Shown: positions 1-11,008, counted from the first letter of the stretch. The stretch: 64,000 nucleotides of DNA from Candidatus Babeliales bacterium (GCA_963743635.1 CAVUQO010000003.1:480001-544000); one strand, 5' to 3'. Program-made: numbers and translations. Notes: a model not told the origin generated them from the sequence alone.

Positions 1-577
1 ATCACGCGCGTAGCCTTGAGTACATTGGTAAATCCATGGGGAGCAAAGGGAACTAAATTGTTGAAATCAGCTTTGGTGAAACACATAATGGTGGTGGCAA
101 TGAGTGGAAACACGGTGCACACAATTAAAATATGTTGTCCCATTTCAGAAAGCACCACACCAAAAGTATTTAAAATAACCAAGGCGAGCAGCGCAGCGAG
201 TCCGAGCGTATATGCTGAATAGGAGGAAAGAGGTATGTAAATAGGTGCCAGCCATTTGCGAGAGCAAGCCCATCGCAATAAGAAGTCCGACAAAATATGC
301 AGTGCTTGCAATCATGCCTCCGATATGTCCGCTCCATTGTTTTGCATAGGTGTAAAAGGCGCCTTCTTCAGGATAGAGTTCTGCAACGCGCGCAAGGGAT
401 TGAGCCATAAACCAGACCGCGAACATCACAAAAATAAAAGCCAAAATGCCTGCGGGGCCAACATTGGCTGCTAAAGCAGCCGGGGTCAGTGAAAATACCA
501 GAACCGATCATGGCATTCATGCCAATAATGGTGGCGGTTGCTACTCCTATTTTTGTGCCGGGTGTTTGTTGCGACAT
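1..577 (-). CDS. APC-family amino acid permease, partial (runs off window start), split by apparent indels
   Basis: N-terminal GMNAMIGSGIF TM1 motif (368..577), then AELYPEEGAFYTYA (145..444) in another frame; hydrophobic coding continues to base 1. Confidence 0.8.
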
Positions 578-674
578 GTGGGAAATCCTTTATGGAATGC
601 GGTAAATGTGATAGAATGCTGTAATAATGTTCTATTTTTACATATTAGATTTCATTTAACAAGAAAAAGCACGT

Positions 675-914
675 ATGCAATATTGTATGTATTATCAAGC
701 GCATATTCCTCGTGAATATTGTTGGTTTCTGACCGCCACGCTCAGAAGCTATGAGCATGTGGCCTTCGATCGCACTCTCGATAAAGAGCGCAGCATTTTC
801 GAATTTTTCGTCCCTGAACCCATGGAACCCCTCTTTTCTAAAGGTCATGGCCGCTTTGAAAAAGAAGGCGTCGTCCAAGATCTTAAGAAACTTCCCAATC
901 GGTTCATTGCCTAG
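675..914 (+). CDS. Small hypothetical protein, DUF4911-like by recall
   Basis: LRSYEHVAFDRTLDKERSIFEFFVP resembles small alpha/beta DUF4911 proteins; 3' end may carry an indel. Confidence 0.45.
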   Translation: MQYCMYYQAHIPREYCWFLTATLRSYEHVAFDRTLDKERSIFEFFVPEPMEPLFSKGHGRFEKEGVVQDLKKLPNRFIA

Positions 915-981
915 TGTTTATAGTTGTGCAAAACTTCTCTTCGACGTTTAAAATAAGTAATCGTTGTAAAAGGATTTTTGT

Positions 982-1830
982 ATGAAGAATATCATTGCAT
1001 GCATAGTACTGGTGCTTTATATCCCTTGCATAAGCGCTATGGATCTCTTGCTGCATGCCGCTATAAATGCAAAAAATGGTTACGGCATGGCATTAATGCA
1101 GGGTCGTCGTAAAACGATGGAAGATCGGGCTGAATGTCATTGGGAGTATAATGATAATGATCGCGATCATGAATTCTATGCCGTGTATGATGGCCATGGT
1201 GGTTCCGGGTTGCTCTTATAGCGCAATATATGATGCGCAAAGTGTGTCGCCTTGATCAAGCCGAAACGGATGAGCGATTAAGGATGCATTGCAAACAGGT
1301 TTTTTGACGTTGCATAATAATCTTGGACCTAGGGTAAACACTATGGGTTCTACCGCAACGGTAGCTGTCATCAAAAATGCAAAAATATTTGTTGCCAATG
1401 CTGGTGATTCTCGTGCCGTCCTCTGCCGGGACGGAGAAGCGATACCACTTTCAAAAGATCATAAGCCATCGAGGCAGATGAAGTGGCAGCGTATCATAAA
1501 AGCATTTGGGCTATGTGACGTGGTTCTTGGAGATCGTGTTCAGGGCGTCTTAGCGGTTTCTCGTGCTTTAGGCGATAAAGTATTAAATCCTTACGTAATT
1601 CCAGAGCCAGAGATTACGCAGACAAGAGTAGATCCGCAGCATGAATTTTTGATTCTTGCATGCGATGGTGTATGGGATGTTTTTCTAGTCAAGAAGCAGT
1701 GAATAATGTAAGAGAGCACTCAAAGTAAAGCCAGGTGATTGTGAAATGCGGCTACAAGCATTAATAGAATGCGGCATTAAGCACTACAAGGCAGCAGGAT
1801 AATATTAGTGTTATTGTTGTCGGATCTTAA
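982..1830 (+). CDS. Secreted PP2C/PPM-type Ser/Thr phosphatase, eukaryote-like, frameshifted in this assembly
   Basis: Signal peptide, then QGRRKTMED, VYDGHGG, GSTA, ANAGDSRAVL, DHKP, LAVSRALGD, ILACDGVWDV and terminal DNISVIVV, spread over at least three frames. Confidence 0.88.
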
Positions 1831-1860
1831 GCACAATAACAGTCATAGCTAATAATATAA

Positions 1861-1900
1861 AAAAGGCGGCCTCAGACATTAATCTGAGGGCGCCTTAATT
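1861..1900. terminator. Bidirectional intrinsic terminator between PP2C and gltX
   Basis: AAGGCGgCCTCAGA-loop-TCTGAGGgCGCCTT hairpin between convergent genes. Confidence 0.65.
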
Positions 1901-1912
1901 ATTTTGATAAGG

Positions 1913-3349
1913 TTATGCAACCATCTTCAATCGCTTGCGCGCTTCATCGGTACCAAGCATGGTGATCAGTTCAAGAATCCCAGGGCCTTGTGGGGCATCC
2001 ATCAATGCAATACGCAGATACGTAAAAAATGTTTGATTGAGATGCTGGTGAGCTTTGCTTCACGTTTAATGTTTTCAACAAACAGTTTCGCATCATCAAT
2101 TTCAGGAAGATGTTTTGCAACCAATGCATTGAGCTCAGCCATCACTTCATGCGGAATGTGTTCTTTGAGCAGTGCGGCAGTGTTTTGCGGCGCATTGAAA
2201 TAGAAGTTCAGCAAATGCACTACGTCTTTCAAGCAGATGATATCAGTCTTGATCGTTTGAATGAGTGTGGTTAGTGTTTCATCGCTGAGCGTAGCTGCTT
2301 GCGGGATATGCGGCAAAGATAAATGGTTTGCGTATGCGGTGAGCGTGCAGGCTCAAGACGTTCAATCCATTTATGATTGATCCAGCGCAATTTTTCAACG
2401 TCGTATCTAATATGGCCAGTGCTGCTGATATTATCAAAATTATATGCCTGTGCGAGTTCAGGCAAGTGGACATAATTTCTTCTGCAAAAACGCCGCCACC
2501 AATAATCGTTAGATAATTTAAAATTGCTTCAGGCAAATATCCAGCATTTTGCAAATCATCGAGTGCAAATCCAAAATCACGTTTTGATAGTTTCTTGCCA
2601 TCGATATTACATATGATCGGTAAATGATAGTAGATCGGCAGTTTGAGTTTATAGATTGTATAGAGCGCTGCTTGACCAGCAGTGTTACTCAAATGATCTT
2701 CACCGCGGAATATGTGCGTAATTTTCATAAGCATATCATCGACGAAGTTGGCAAACATGAAGGTAAAGCTGCCATCTTGGCGAGTGATTGCAAAATCAGA
2801 AAAGTTTTTAAGTTCGAAGTTAATGTCGCCATGGCCGAGATCATGAATGGTGATCGTTTGGTCATGATCCAGCTTTACGCGCCAAATAAATGGCACTTTT
2901 TCTGCAAGCAGTTCCGTAATCTCTTCTTTAGATTTATGAAGGCAGGTGCGATCATAGCGTGGCGGTTGCTTGAGTGTGATTTGGCGTTGACGCTTTTTTT
3001 CAAGATCTTCGGTGGTGCAAAAGCAACGATATATTGCGCCTAGATCTTCAAGGTGATGAATTTGCTCTTGATAGAGATCAGTACGTTGGGATTGGAAGTA
3101 TGGCGCATAGGGTCCGCCTTGAATGGGGCCTTCATCGGGTGTTAAGCCAAGCCAGTTAAGATCATGAATAATTTTCTGTGCATTAGGATCGCAGTTGCGT
3201 TCTACATCGGTATCTTCAATGCGAAGTACAAAAGTACCATGATTTTTATGGGCAAACAGATAATTCATTAATGCAGCGCGGACGTTTCCAAGATGCATGA
3301 GGCCTGTTGGCGAGGGAGCAAAACGAACACGAGGGACAATAGGGTCCAT
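1913..3349 (-). CDS. gltX: Glutamate--tRNA ligase (frameshifted about three times in the 3' third)
   Basis: RVRFAPSPTG, HLGN (HIGH), LRIEDTD, KLSKR (KMSKS); C-terminus YLRIALM..QGPGI in a further frame; GGAG SD before ATG 3349. Confidence 0.93.
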
Positions 3350-3505
3350 TGCGATCTCCAATGATAATCAGATAATTCAGATAGATTATAGAGATAGTGT
3401 AACCGTAAAGGATTTATACGTCCAGTGCATGACTTTTTTGACACATGCCGGGATGTTTTGATAAGGTGTGGTTTATTAAAAAAAGAGAGTAGATAAGGAG
3501 CTTTC

Positions 3506-3784
3506 ATGAATAAGTGTCTAAAAATCACGTTTGTAGCAGAATTACCTGATAATTTTTTGCGGGATTTTGTCCAAAAATATGCAAAAAAATATAATATCGA
3601 GGGGACCGTTCAGGTTGCCTCCGATGATTCTATTAAAATCATTGCCTGCGGCAAGAAGGAAAACGTCGAATCTTTTCTTGATGATATCCATAAGGGCACC
3701 GCAGAAGTTCAGTTCGATGACCTGGTGGTCGAGCCTTTTCTCAAGGATAAAGATTACCGCGGCGTCTTTCGCGTCATCGAGTGA
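3506..3784 (+). CDS. acyP: Acylphosphatase-family protein
   Basis: 92 aa; RDFVQKYAKKYNIEGTVQ..DDSIKIIACG pattern; the GxVQGV motif is degenerate. Confidence 0.7.
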   Translation: MNKCLKITFVAELPDNFLRDFVQKYAKKYNIEGTVQVASDDSIKIIACGKKENVESFLDDIHKGTAEVQFDDLVVEPFLKDKDYRGVFRVIE

Positions 3785-3807
3785 GGCATTAGTCGCCACG
3801 AAATCAA

Positions 3808-3848
3808 ACCAGGGCTCCTGACGAATAATCAGGGGCCTTTTTTGTTTT
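3808..3848. terminator. Intrinsic terminator
   Basis: GGGCTCCTGA-loop-TCAGGGGCCT followed by T tract. Confidence 0.6.
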
Positions 3849-4300
3849 TATTCGCTCTTAATATCTTTAATGAAATGCACCAGCTTATTATAGATCTTAA
3901 AGCCTAAACGGTGATGCGCATCAATGCTTGTGGCATTGGCTTGCTCAGCGTCTGAGGCGATTTGGGTGCATCCGTGTTCACGTGCCCATTGCTCCGCAGC
4001 ATGCATAAGAATCCTTCCAACGCCTTTGCGGCGATATGCCTCATCGACAAACCAGCCTTCAATATACCCAACGGGGCTTTGTGTACAGCCTTCTGCATAG
4101 TCGCGCAGCGATACTTCAATAAAACCAACGGGGGTGCCGTCATCGGCGTACGCTATGAAGGCGTGTTTTTTCTTCGAGGTGAGATACTCTTGGATTTCAC
4201 GTAAATGTTTTTCTTCGGGGCATGTATGCCAGAGTTTTTTTCTGAGCGCGAGCCATGTTGGGATCGTCTTAGGCGTCGGGGATTGGATTGAAATATTCAT
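3848..4300 (-). CDS. GNAT acetyltransferase, AAC(6')-I-like
   Basis: WLALRKKLW, GFIEVSLRDYAEGCTQSPVGYIEGWFV, RRKGVG, IASDA, SIDAHHRLGF match the AAC(6')-I pattern. Confidence 0.85.
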   Translation of the reverse strand: MNISIQSPTPKTIPTWLALRKKLWHTCPEEKHLREIQEYLTSKKKHAFIAYADDGTPVGFIEVSLRDYAEGCTQSPVGYIEGWFVDEAYRRKGVGRILMHAAEQWAREHGCTQIASDAEQANATSIDAHHRLGFKIYNKLVHFIKDIKSE

Positions 4301-4400
4301 CTTTTACCACATCTTTTTTATCTAATCATGGCCATTTATGTTATAATGATCAACAATTCTATTAAAAACTAACGATTTTATTATCCTACTGCGTGGTCAC

Positions 4401-7334
4401 GTGAAGAGACGTTTCATATCATATCTGCTGTGTGCCGGAGGCATACTTCTGACTACTCTCACGATGAGTGTCAGGGGGATGGATGAGCATGACGTCGACC
4501 AATCACAGTTCATTGAATTTACGATTGATGCAAATCATACCGATTACGCCGAAATTATTGATCACGCGTTCACGGAACCGTTCTTTCTTAAAACTCTGAC
4601 CTATGAAAGTGATGTACTTTTCCAGGAAGTAGAATTTCGCTATTTAATGGATATGCCTGAAAATACGGAGGTAACGCCCGCGCAGCTCAAGCAGGGATTA
4701 TCCTATCTTATGAAAAAGCGCCAGTTTGAGGAGGTCACCGTTTCTTTAAGGCGGGGGACAGAGGGTTGTCATGTGCATGTGCAGATCAAAGGCGGCTGGA
4801 TCTTATACAAATTAGTCCTCCATGGCATTTTGCTCGGCAAGGATCGCTATCGTCAATATTACACCATGGAGTCGGGCGAATTATTTGATAATGCAGCGCA
4901 TCAACGATCATTACAAAAAATGAAAGAGGCGTTTGCGCAGCAAGGTTATTTTGATGCGCGGGTAGAAAGTCGTCTTGATTATGATGAGCCAGCTAAAGCG
5001 GTTACCGTGCATGTATGGCTCGGGCATAATAAGCAATTCACGATTCAGGGTGTTGCGCTTGATATACAGGGTGAGGTGTACGTCGATGCAGAGGAAAAAG
5101 AGCTTTTACAGACAAAAATTAAGAAACAGTTTTTGCAAAAATTGGAAAAAGCAGCATACACCAAGCAGCTGATTAATGATCAGTGCGCTGAGCTGAAACG
5201 ATATCTGGCGCGTGAAGGGTATGTGAATGTTGATATTGAGTTGACGGAAAAGATAGAGCGAGATCATCATGCTATTGCGCTGACCTTGATCATTCGTTTG
5301 CATAAAAAACGATTATTTGTGTTTGTGGGTAACTCATTCTTTTCACATGATCAGCTTCTTGATAGCACGTTAGTCTTTGGACGCTCTTCTTCTTTATTAC
5401 CTGCATCGTTTTTATCTGAAGAGATTATAAAAATGTATAAAAATAAGGGGTTTTGGGATGTAACGGTTGAATCGCGCGAAGAGCAAGATCGTTATTTTTT
5501 CATCATTCAAGAGGGGCAGCGCGCTCGTATAACGGACGTGCACTGCTCTGGTATATCTCATATTTCAAATCTTGATCTGAATAAACGCTACTTTACCGAG
5601 TTGCTTAAAGCAGGCTGGTATGATGAAGAGATGATTAAACATGCGCTCGACGATTTGGTTGATTGGTATATTAAAGAAGGATTTCTTGAATGCCGCATTG
5701 TAAAGCGTGACTATGTTCCGCGCGATGATCATTGCTATCAGTTGGCAATAGTGCTTGATGAAGGAACGCGCAGTTATTTTCATGACGTGATTATTGAGGG
5801 ATATCCTGCATTGCATGATATGCTTCCTTTTCGTGCAATCACGAGTAAAAAAGAGCGTATTCCTTTCAATATGCAACTGGTGCAGGCACAGCGAGTTTGG
5901 CTGCTGAATTATTTTCGTGCACAAGGATATCTCACGATAGATTTAAATCCGGATATCACGAGAGATGGCGATGCAGTGACATTGCGATGGCGGGTTGATA
6001 CTGGTGCGGAAGAAGCGGTACGCTTTGGTAAGGTTGTGGTGCAAGGTGCTGGTAACTTCCCGTTCAATTATCTGTTGCGAGAAATGAATTTTAAACAGGG
6101 CGAACTCTGGGATCGCAATAAAATTAAAAATTCATCAGAAAAAATTAAAAAATTAAATGCTTTTGACTCAGTGCATATGCAGCCGTATGACGTTGTAAAA
6201 CATGAGCGTGAAAAGGCGATCATGGTAAAAGTGCAGCCAGATGAACGCTATGAGATTCGTACGCGTGCCGGGTTTGCAATGCAGCAAGTGAGTAAAGAGT
6301 TTAGTTTTTATAAAATGACCTATCGAGCGGGTGGATCATTCTGGATAAAAAATCCATTCAATTGCGGTGACCGCCTAGGATTGGATGTTGATGCCTCGTT
6401 TGCCGAGCGTAAGCTCGTAGCGGAGTATCGTAGGCCATGGTTAGGATCGGTACCGATAGAAACCGTCGTGCAGGCTTATAGTAACCAGTTTCAGCAGCCA
6501 GGTGCTGTGGGTAATCGTAAAAACCTCTATCAAGTGAATCAAACTGGCAGTCTGTTTGGACTGCGCAAGGAATATGAGCATATTAATGGGGGTGGCAATA
6601 TCGGTTTTGAATGGATGGAAACCAAAATTAGCAAAAGCGAGCAGTTTGCTGATCGAGTAGCAGTTGCTATTAATTTTGAGCCGGACTTGGTTGATAAAAG
6701 AATTCCCTATTTCACGTTTGAGCCAACCGTAACCGTTGATTACGTGGATAATCGCCTGACTCCAAGAAAGGGGGTATTTATGCTGTATAGCATTAAAGGG
6801 ATGATTCCCGTAGATCGGTTAGGTTTGCAGGGTTATTTTGTGCGCATGCTGCTTGAGCAGTCATTTTATGTGCCCTATGATCCGATTGTATTCGCGTTTC
6901 GCGTGCGGCTTGGCCACATCTTCCATAAAGATTTTAGCAGTATTATGCCGTCAGAACGTTTTTATTTGGGGGGGGGCAATTCGATTCGTGGCTATGAATG
7001 GTACATGGCGCCGCCATTGGGGGTCTATCATGATGAAAAGCGAGGGCCGCAATATGTCCCGCAAGGGGGAAAATCGATGTTTAATATTATTCTCGAGGCG
7101 CGATTTCCTTTGTATAAGAAATTGGGCTTGGTGATATTTGAGGATATTGGTGCGCTCAGTGCGAATGCCTTTCGTGATATTCAGGAGCGCGGCGTCCTTT
7201 CGGCGACCGGCTTTGGCTTGCGCTATGAGACGCCGATGGGTCCACTTCGTTTTGATATTGGCTGGCGTTGGAAAGCTACCGATCCAGTACGGCCATCCTA
7301 TGCCTGGTTTGTAACCCTCGGACAAGCATTTTAA
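4401..7334 (+). CDS. Omp85-family (BamA/TamA-like) outer membrane protein
   Basis: Signal peptide, several POTRA-like GY/GF repeats, ERFYLGGGNSIRGY, GFGLRYETPMGPLRFDIG, C-terminal LGQAF. Confidence 0.9.
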   Translation: MKRRFISYLLCAGGILLTTLTMSVRGMDEHDVDQSQFIEFTIDANHTDYAEIIDHAFTEPFFLKTLTYESDVLFQEVEFRYLMDMPENTEVTPAQLKQGLSYLMKKRQFEEVTVSLRRGTEGCHVHVQIKGGWILYKLVLHGILLGKDRYRQYYTMESGELFDNAAHQRSLQKMKEAFAQQGYFDARVESRLDYDEPAKAVTVHVWLGHNKQFTIQGVALDIQGEVYVDAEEKELLQTKIKKQFLQKLEKAAYTKQLINDQCAELKRYLAREGYVNVDIELTEKIERDHHAIALTLIIRLHKKRLFVFVGNSFFSHDQLLDSTLVFGRSSSLLPASFLSEEIIKMYKNKGFWDVTVESREEQDRYFFIIQEGQRARITDVHCSGISHISNLDLNKRYFTELLKAGWYDEEMIKHALDDLVDWYIKEGFLECRIVKRDYVPRDDHCYQLAIVLDEGTRSYFHDVIIEGYPALHDMLPFRAITSKKERIPFNMQLVQAQRVWLLNYFRAQGYLTIDLNPDITRDGDAVTLRWRVDTGAEEAVRFGKVVVQGAGNFPFNYLLREMNFKQGELWDRNKIKNSSEKIKKLNAFDSVHMQPYDVVKHEREKAIMVKVQPDERYEIRTRAGFAMQQVSKEFSFYKMTYRAGGSFWIKNPFNCGDRLGLDVDASFAERKLVAEYRRPWLGSVPIETVVQAYSNQFQQPGAVGNRKNLYQVNQTGSLFGLRKEYEHINGGGNIGFEWMETKISKSEQFADRVAVAINFEPDLVDKRIPYFTFEPTVTVDYVDNRLTPRKGVFMLYSIKGMIPVDRLGLQGYFVRMLLEQSFYVPYDPIVFAFRVRLGHIFHKDFSSIMPSERFYLGGGNSIRGYEWYMAPPLGVYHDEKRGPQYVPQGGKSMFNIILEARFPLYKKLGLVIFEDIGALSANAFRDIQERGVLSATGFGLRYETPMGPLRFDIGWRWKATDPVRPSYAWFVTLGQAF

Positions 7335-7411
7335 CCCCTCCTGACGGCCTGACGGCACTCCTGGGGATGAGCGGAATGTCTTTTTTCGTTTATCTGCAAC
7401 TGGGTGAAGGC
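7335..7411. repeat. Degenerate REP-like palindromic doublet
   Basis: GGATGAGCGGAA ... TTCGTTTATCT ... GAAGG; related to copies at 17088, 38986, 49944, 51374. Confidence 0.45.
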
Positions 7412-7550
7412 ATATCAGAATGAATTAGGTTGTATTATATAGGTGATTAATTGCATATATACCATAAAGTCGCTATTATTAGGAAATAATCAAATCATGC
7501 CCTTAAATGGAGCATTTTCAAATATTAGTCGCGGGGTTAAAGGAGACATT

Positions 7551-8261
7551 ATGAAGGATCATAATTCAATGATTCAAAAAAATACTTTAGAACATCAGCA
7601 TGGTCATAGTTGCGGAGAAAATGGCAATATCATAGACGAGCTCGCATTTCATTTTCCCTATGCGGTCTACGCAGTAGCGCTTACCATAGCGATCACAAGC
7701 TTTGTAGTTCTAGGCGGCAATGAGGTTTCTCATCGTAACCTGGATTTCTTATTCCATAGCTTTCACTTCATGCATATCGTATTTGCGGCTACCGGAACGC
7801 TCATTACCTATTTCAGATTCTCGCGTAATATGCTGGGCGCATTAGTAGTCGGACTTATTGTACCGAGCATCTTTTGTATACTTTCAGACGTGGTGATGCC
7901 TTATTATGGCGGAAAAATGCTGGGCCTCGACATGGACTGGCATATTTGCTTTCAATCGGAATGGCATAATGTACTTCCCTTTCTTTTTATGGGGATGCTC
8001 AACGGGTTTGTGTTGAGCCGTAATGGTGCCGATCATCAAGAGATGTATTCAATCACTTCTCATTTTACTCATATTTTAGTTAGTTCTCTTGCTTCCGCAT
8101 TTTATTTGATTGCACACGGGTTTGATACGTGGTATTTGAATATTGGAAGCTTTTTTCTTTTTTTAATTATTGTTGTTGTAGTACCATGTACGCTCGGTGA
8201 TGTAGTAGTGCCGATGTTTTTTGCGAGGATGAAACAAAATAATGAGGAGCATACGGCTTGA
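7551..8261 (+). CDS. Hypothetical multi-pass membrane protein with His-rich N-terminus
   Basis: AGGAG SD before ATG 7551; HQHGHSC N-terminus; about 6-7 hydrophobic segments with intramembrane His; overlaps potA. Confidence 0.7.
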   Translation: MKDHNSMIQKNTLEHQHGHSCGENGNIIDELAFHFPYAVYAVALTIAITSFVVLGGNEVSHRNLDFLFHSFHFMHIVFAATGTLITYFRFSRNMLGALVVGLIVPSIFCILSDVVMPYYGGKMLGLDMDWHICFQSEWHNVLPFLFMGMLNGFVLSRNGADHQEMYSITSHFTHILVSSLASAFYLIAHGFDTWYLNIGSFFLFLIIVVVVPCTLGDVVVPMFFARMKQNNEEHTA

Positions 8262-9318
8262 TAATGTTACTAAATCATATGATGGTGACATTGTTATTGA
8301 GAACCTTTCGTTAACGATTCCTTCGGGTAAATTTTTTGCATTGCTTGGACCCAGTGGGAGTGGCAAGACAAGTTTGCTGCGTCTTATTGCGGGCTTTGAA
8401 ACTGCCGATTCGGGATCAATCTTTCTTGGTAATGAAGATATTACGCATATGCCCATTCATAAGCGTAATATCAATACCGTATTTCAAAACTATGCACTGT
8501 TTCCACACATGGATGTGTTTGATAATGTGGCATATGGGTTGACCATTCGCCGCGTGCCAAAGGATATTATCGAGCAAAAAGTTATTAAAATTTTAAAAGC
8601 CGTTGATCTTGAAAAGCAGATTTATAAATCGATTCATCAACTTTCTGGTGGGCAGCAGCAGCGTGTAGCGCTTGCGCGCGCGATCATTACTGAGCCAGAT
8701 GTTTTACTCCTTGATGAGCCGTTGGCAGCGCTTGATCTTAAATTGCGTGAAAAGATGTTAATCGAGCTTATTGAACTGCAAGACAATCTCAAAACAACGT
8801 TCGTCTACGTTACACACGATCAATTTGAAGCACTGACCGTCGCTGATTACATGGCAATCATGAATCATGAAGGTCTCATTGAGCAAATTGGTACTCCCAA
8901 AGAAATTTATGAATTTCCTACTTCATCATTCGTTGCTCAATTTGTTGGGTCGACCAACATTTTCTCGGGCGTAATAAAAGCAGGTGGATTTGAAGTCCAA
9001 GATCTTGGTTTGCTGCAAGCAGCAATTCCGGATAAATCATGGGCTGTTGAAGGTGCGCAAGCACTCATGAGTGTACGCCCTGAAAAAATTGAAATCAGCA
9101 AAACTAAGCTCGAAGGCTTTGCAAATGAGCTTCAGGCAAAAGTTGAAGCGATTGTATATCATGGACGTTCAACTCAATATAACGTGCGACTTGCAAATAA
9201 TATGCTGTTGCAGGTGTTTGAACAAAATGAAGAACATTTTCCTCACGAAGTGATCGACTATGATGATATCGTGTATTTGTATTGGCAGAAAGAAAACGTG
9301 GTGATGTTAGAACAATGA
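8242..9318 (+). CDS. potA: Spermidine/putrescine ABC transporter ATPase
   Basis: GPSGSGKT, VFQNYALFPH, LSGGQQQR, LLLDEP, C-terminal TOBE domain. Confidence 0.93.
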   Translation: MRSIRLDNVTKSYDGDIVIENLSLTIPSGKFFALLGPSGSGKTSLLRLIAGFETADSGSIFLGNEDITHMPIHKRNINTVFQNYALFPHMDVFDNVAYGLTIRRVPKDIIEQKVIKILKAVDLEKQIYKSIHQLSGGQQQRVALARAIITEPDVLLLDEPLAALDLKLREKMLIELIELQDNLKTTFVYVTHDQFEALTVADYMAIMNHEGLIEQIGTPKEIYEFPTSSFVAQFVGSTNIFSGVIKAGGFEVQDLGLLQAAIPDKSWAVEGAQALMSVRPEKIEISKTKLEGFANELQAKVEAIVYHGRSTQYNVRLANNMLLQVFEQNEEHFPHEVIDYDDIVYLYWQKENVVMLEQ

Positions 9319-10226
9319 AACAGTGGCAAGAGCATAAAAAGCTTTCTCAGTTACGCTCATTTTTTTGGGCAGTTCCCGCATTAGTGTGGCAAGTATTGCT
9401 GCTCTATATTCCACTTTTTTTTGTGCTTATGAGCAGTTTTGTCGATAAAAGCAATCAGTTCACCTTGAGCCATTATCTTGAGCTTCTTGATGCAACGCAT
9501 GGTATCATTCTCTTGCGTTCATTATTGCTTGCGACTACAACGGCCATTGTCTGTTTATTGATTGCCTATCCCGTGGCCTACTTTCTTGCATCATATGTGA
9601 GCCGTTTTAAAAACGTGTTTCTGTTTTTTTTAATTATACCATTCTGGACGAGCTTATTAGTGCAGCTTTATGCATGGTTCTCCATTCTTGATAAGCATGG
9701 ATTTCTCAATGTGCTTTTGCAGAAATTGGGCATTTTGAGTGAGCCATATCATCTTTTAAATACGCCATTTGCGATCTATTTGGTATCGATCTATTGTTAT
9801 ATTCCATTCATGATCATGCCGATCTATTCGATTCTTGAAAAACTTGATGTTCGTCTGCGTGAAGCATCGCTTGATTTGGGCGCAACACGCTGGGAAACCT
9901 TCATGCGCGTGACCGTTCCGCTTTCGATGCCAGGCATTAAAACCGGATTTTTTCTAGTATTTATTCCGGCATTTGGCGAATTTGTAATCCCGGTATTATT
10001 GGGTGGGGGCAAGCAACTTTACGTTGGTTCTTTAATTACCCATTACTTCTTAGTTTCTCGATCGCCTGGATTGGGCGCTGCATTTACTTGGTTGAGCAGT
10101 GCGATATTGATCGTATCAACCGTGGTGATGCAATGGTTGTTTATTCGTGCAATTACACCTCGTAGAAAAAGGCGGGCAGCTCTTCGTCTCTTCGTCAATA
10201 ACTCCGAGCTCAGGGGACCTCTATGA
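9315..10226 (+). CDS. potB: Spermidine/putrescine ABC transporter permease
   Basis: ATGA overlap with potA; EASLDLGA EAA loop; PAFGEFVIPVLLGG. Confidence 0.92.
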   Translation: MKQWQEHKKLSQLRSFFWAVPALVWQVLLLYIPLFFVLMSSFVDKSNQFTLSHYLELLDATHGIILLRSLLLATTTAIVCLLIAYPVAYFLASYVSRFKNVFLFFLIIPFWTSLLVQLYAWFSILDKHGFLNVLLQKLGILSEPYHLLNTPFAIYLVSIYCYIPFMIMPIYSILEKLDVRLREASLDLGATRWETFMRVTVPLSMPGIKTGFFLVFIPAFGEFVIPVLLGGGKQLYVGSLITHYFLVSRSPGLGAAFTWLSSAILIVSTVVMQWLFIRAITPRRKRRAALRLFVNNSELRGPL

Positions 10227-11008
10227 AACAAAGTAATTCATCAGTCTCATATCTCTTTCCGTGCATGGTTGCCGCTTTCTATATGTTCCTCTATGTGCCG
10301 ATTATTATTTTGATTGTCTCATCCTTTAATGCGTCAGCCTATTCCTATGAATGGCGCGGATTTTCACTTACCTGGTATCACCAGCTTTTGGAATCGGTCG
10401 AAGTGTGGGAAGCATTACGTAACTCATGCATCGTTGCTACTACGTCAGTCGTACTCAGCTTAGTGCTCGGTTTGATGTTTGTGGTTTTTGCGGCAAATAC
10501 ATGGCTCGATCGCATGCTGCTAACCTTTTATGGCAGTCTTGCGGCACCAGAAATAGTGCTTGCGGTTGGATTACTCAGTTTCTTCTCATTTTTTTCAGTA
10601 CCACTTGGATTGACGACGCTCATTGCGGGACACACGCTTATTGGGCTTGGCTACATGGTGCCGTTATTGCATAGTCGATTTCACGAGCTGAACTATGCGC
10701 TGACCGAAGCGTCACTCGATCTTGGTGCTGATTATCGCACCACCTTTTTCCGCGTTATCTTGCCGCTGCTTTCACCGGCATTAGTAGCGGGTGCATTATT
10801 GACGTTCATTTTATCATTCGATGATTTTATTATTTCATTCTTTTGTACCGGCGGTACCACGCAAACATTGCCGCTTTACTTTTTTTCCGTAATTCGTTCG
10901 GGCGCTTCGCCAATTATTAATGCACTTTCATCAGTGTTTTTGTTGGTCAGTAGTATTGTGGTGCTGCTCTTTTCATCACTCAAAATACGCAACATAGATT
11001 TTTTTTAG
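10223..11008 (+). CDS. potC: Spermidine/putrescine ABC transporter permease
   Basis: FLYVPI, FSLTWY, EASLDLGA, SFDDFIISFF, TLPL. Confidence 0.92.
   Translation: MKQSNSSVSYLFPCMVAAFYMFLYVPIIILIVSSFNASAYSYEWRGFSLTWYHQLLESVEVWEALRNSCIVATTSVVLSLVLGLMFVVFAANTWLDRMLLTFYGSLAAPEIVLAVGLLSFFSFFSVPLGLTTLIAGHTLIGLGYMVPLLHSRFHELNYALTEASLDLGADYRTTFFRVILPLLSPALVAGALLTFILSFDDFIISFFCTGGTTQTLPLYFFSVIRSGASPIINALSSVFLLVSSIVVLLFSSLKIRNIDFF

Noticed and set aside
1913..3349. gltX, topA and sufB as true pseudogenes
   Set aside because: Normally essential, motifs intact, only indels; assembly error is more parsimonious
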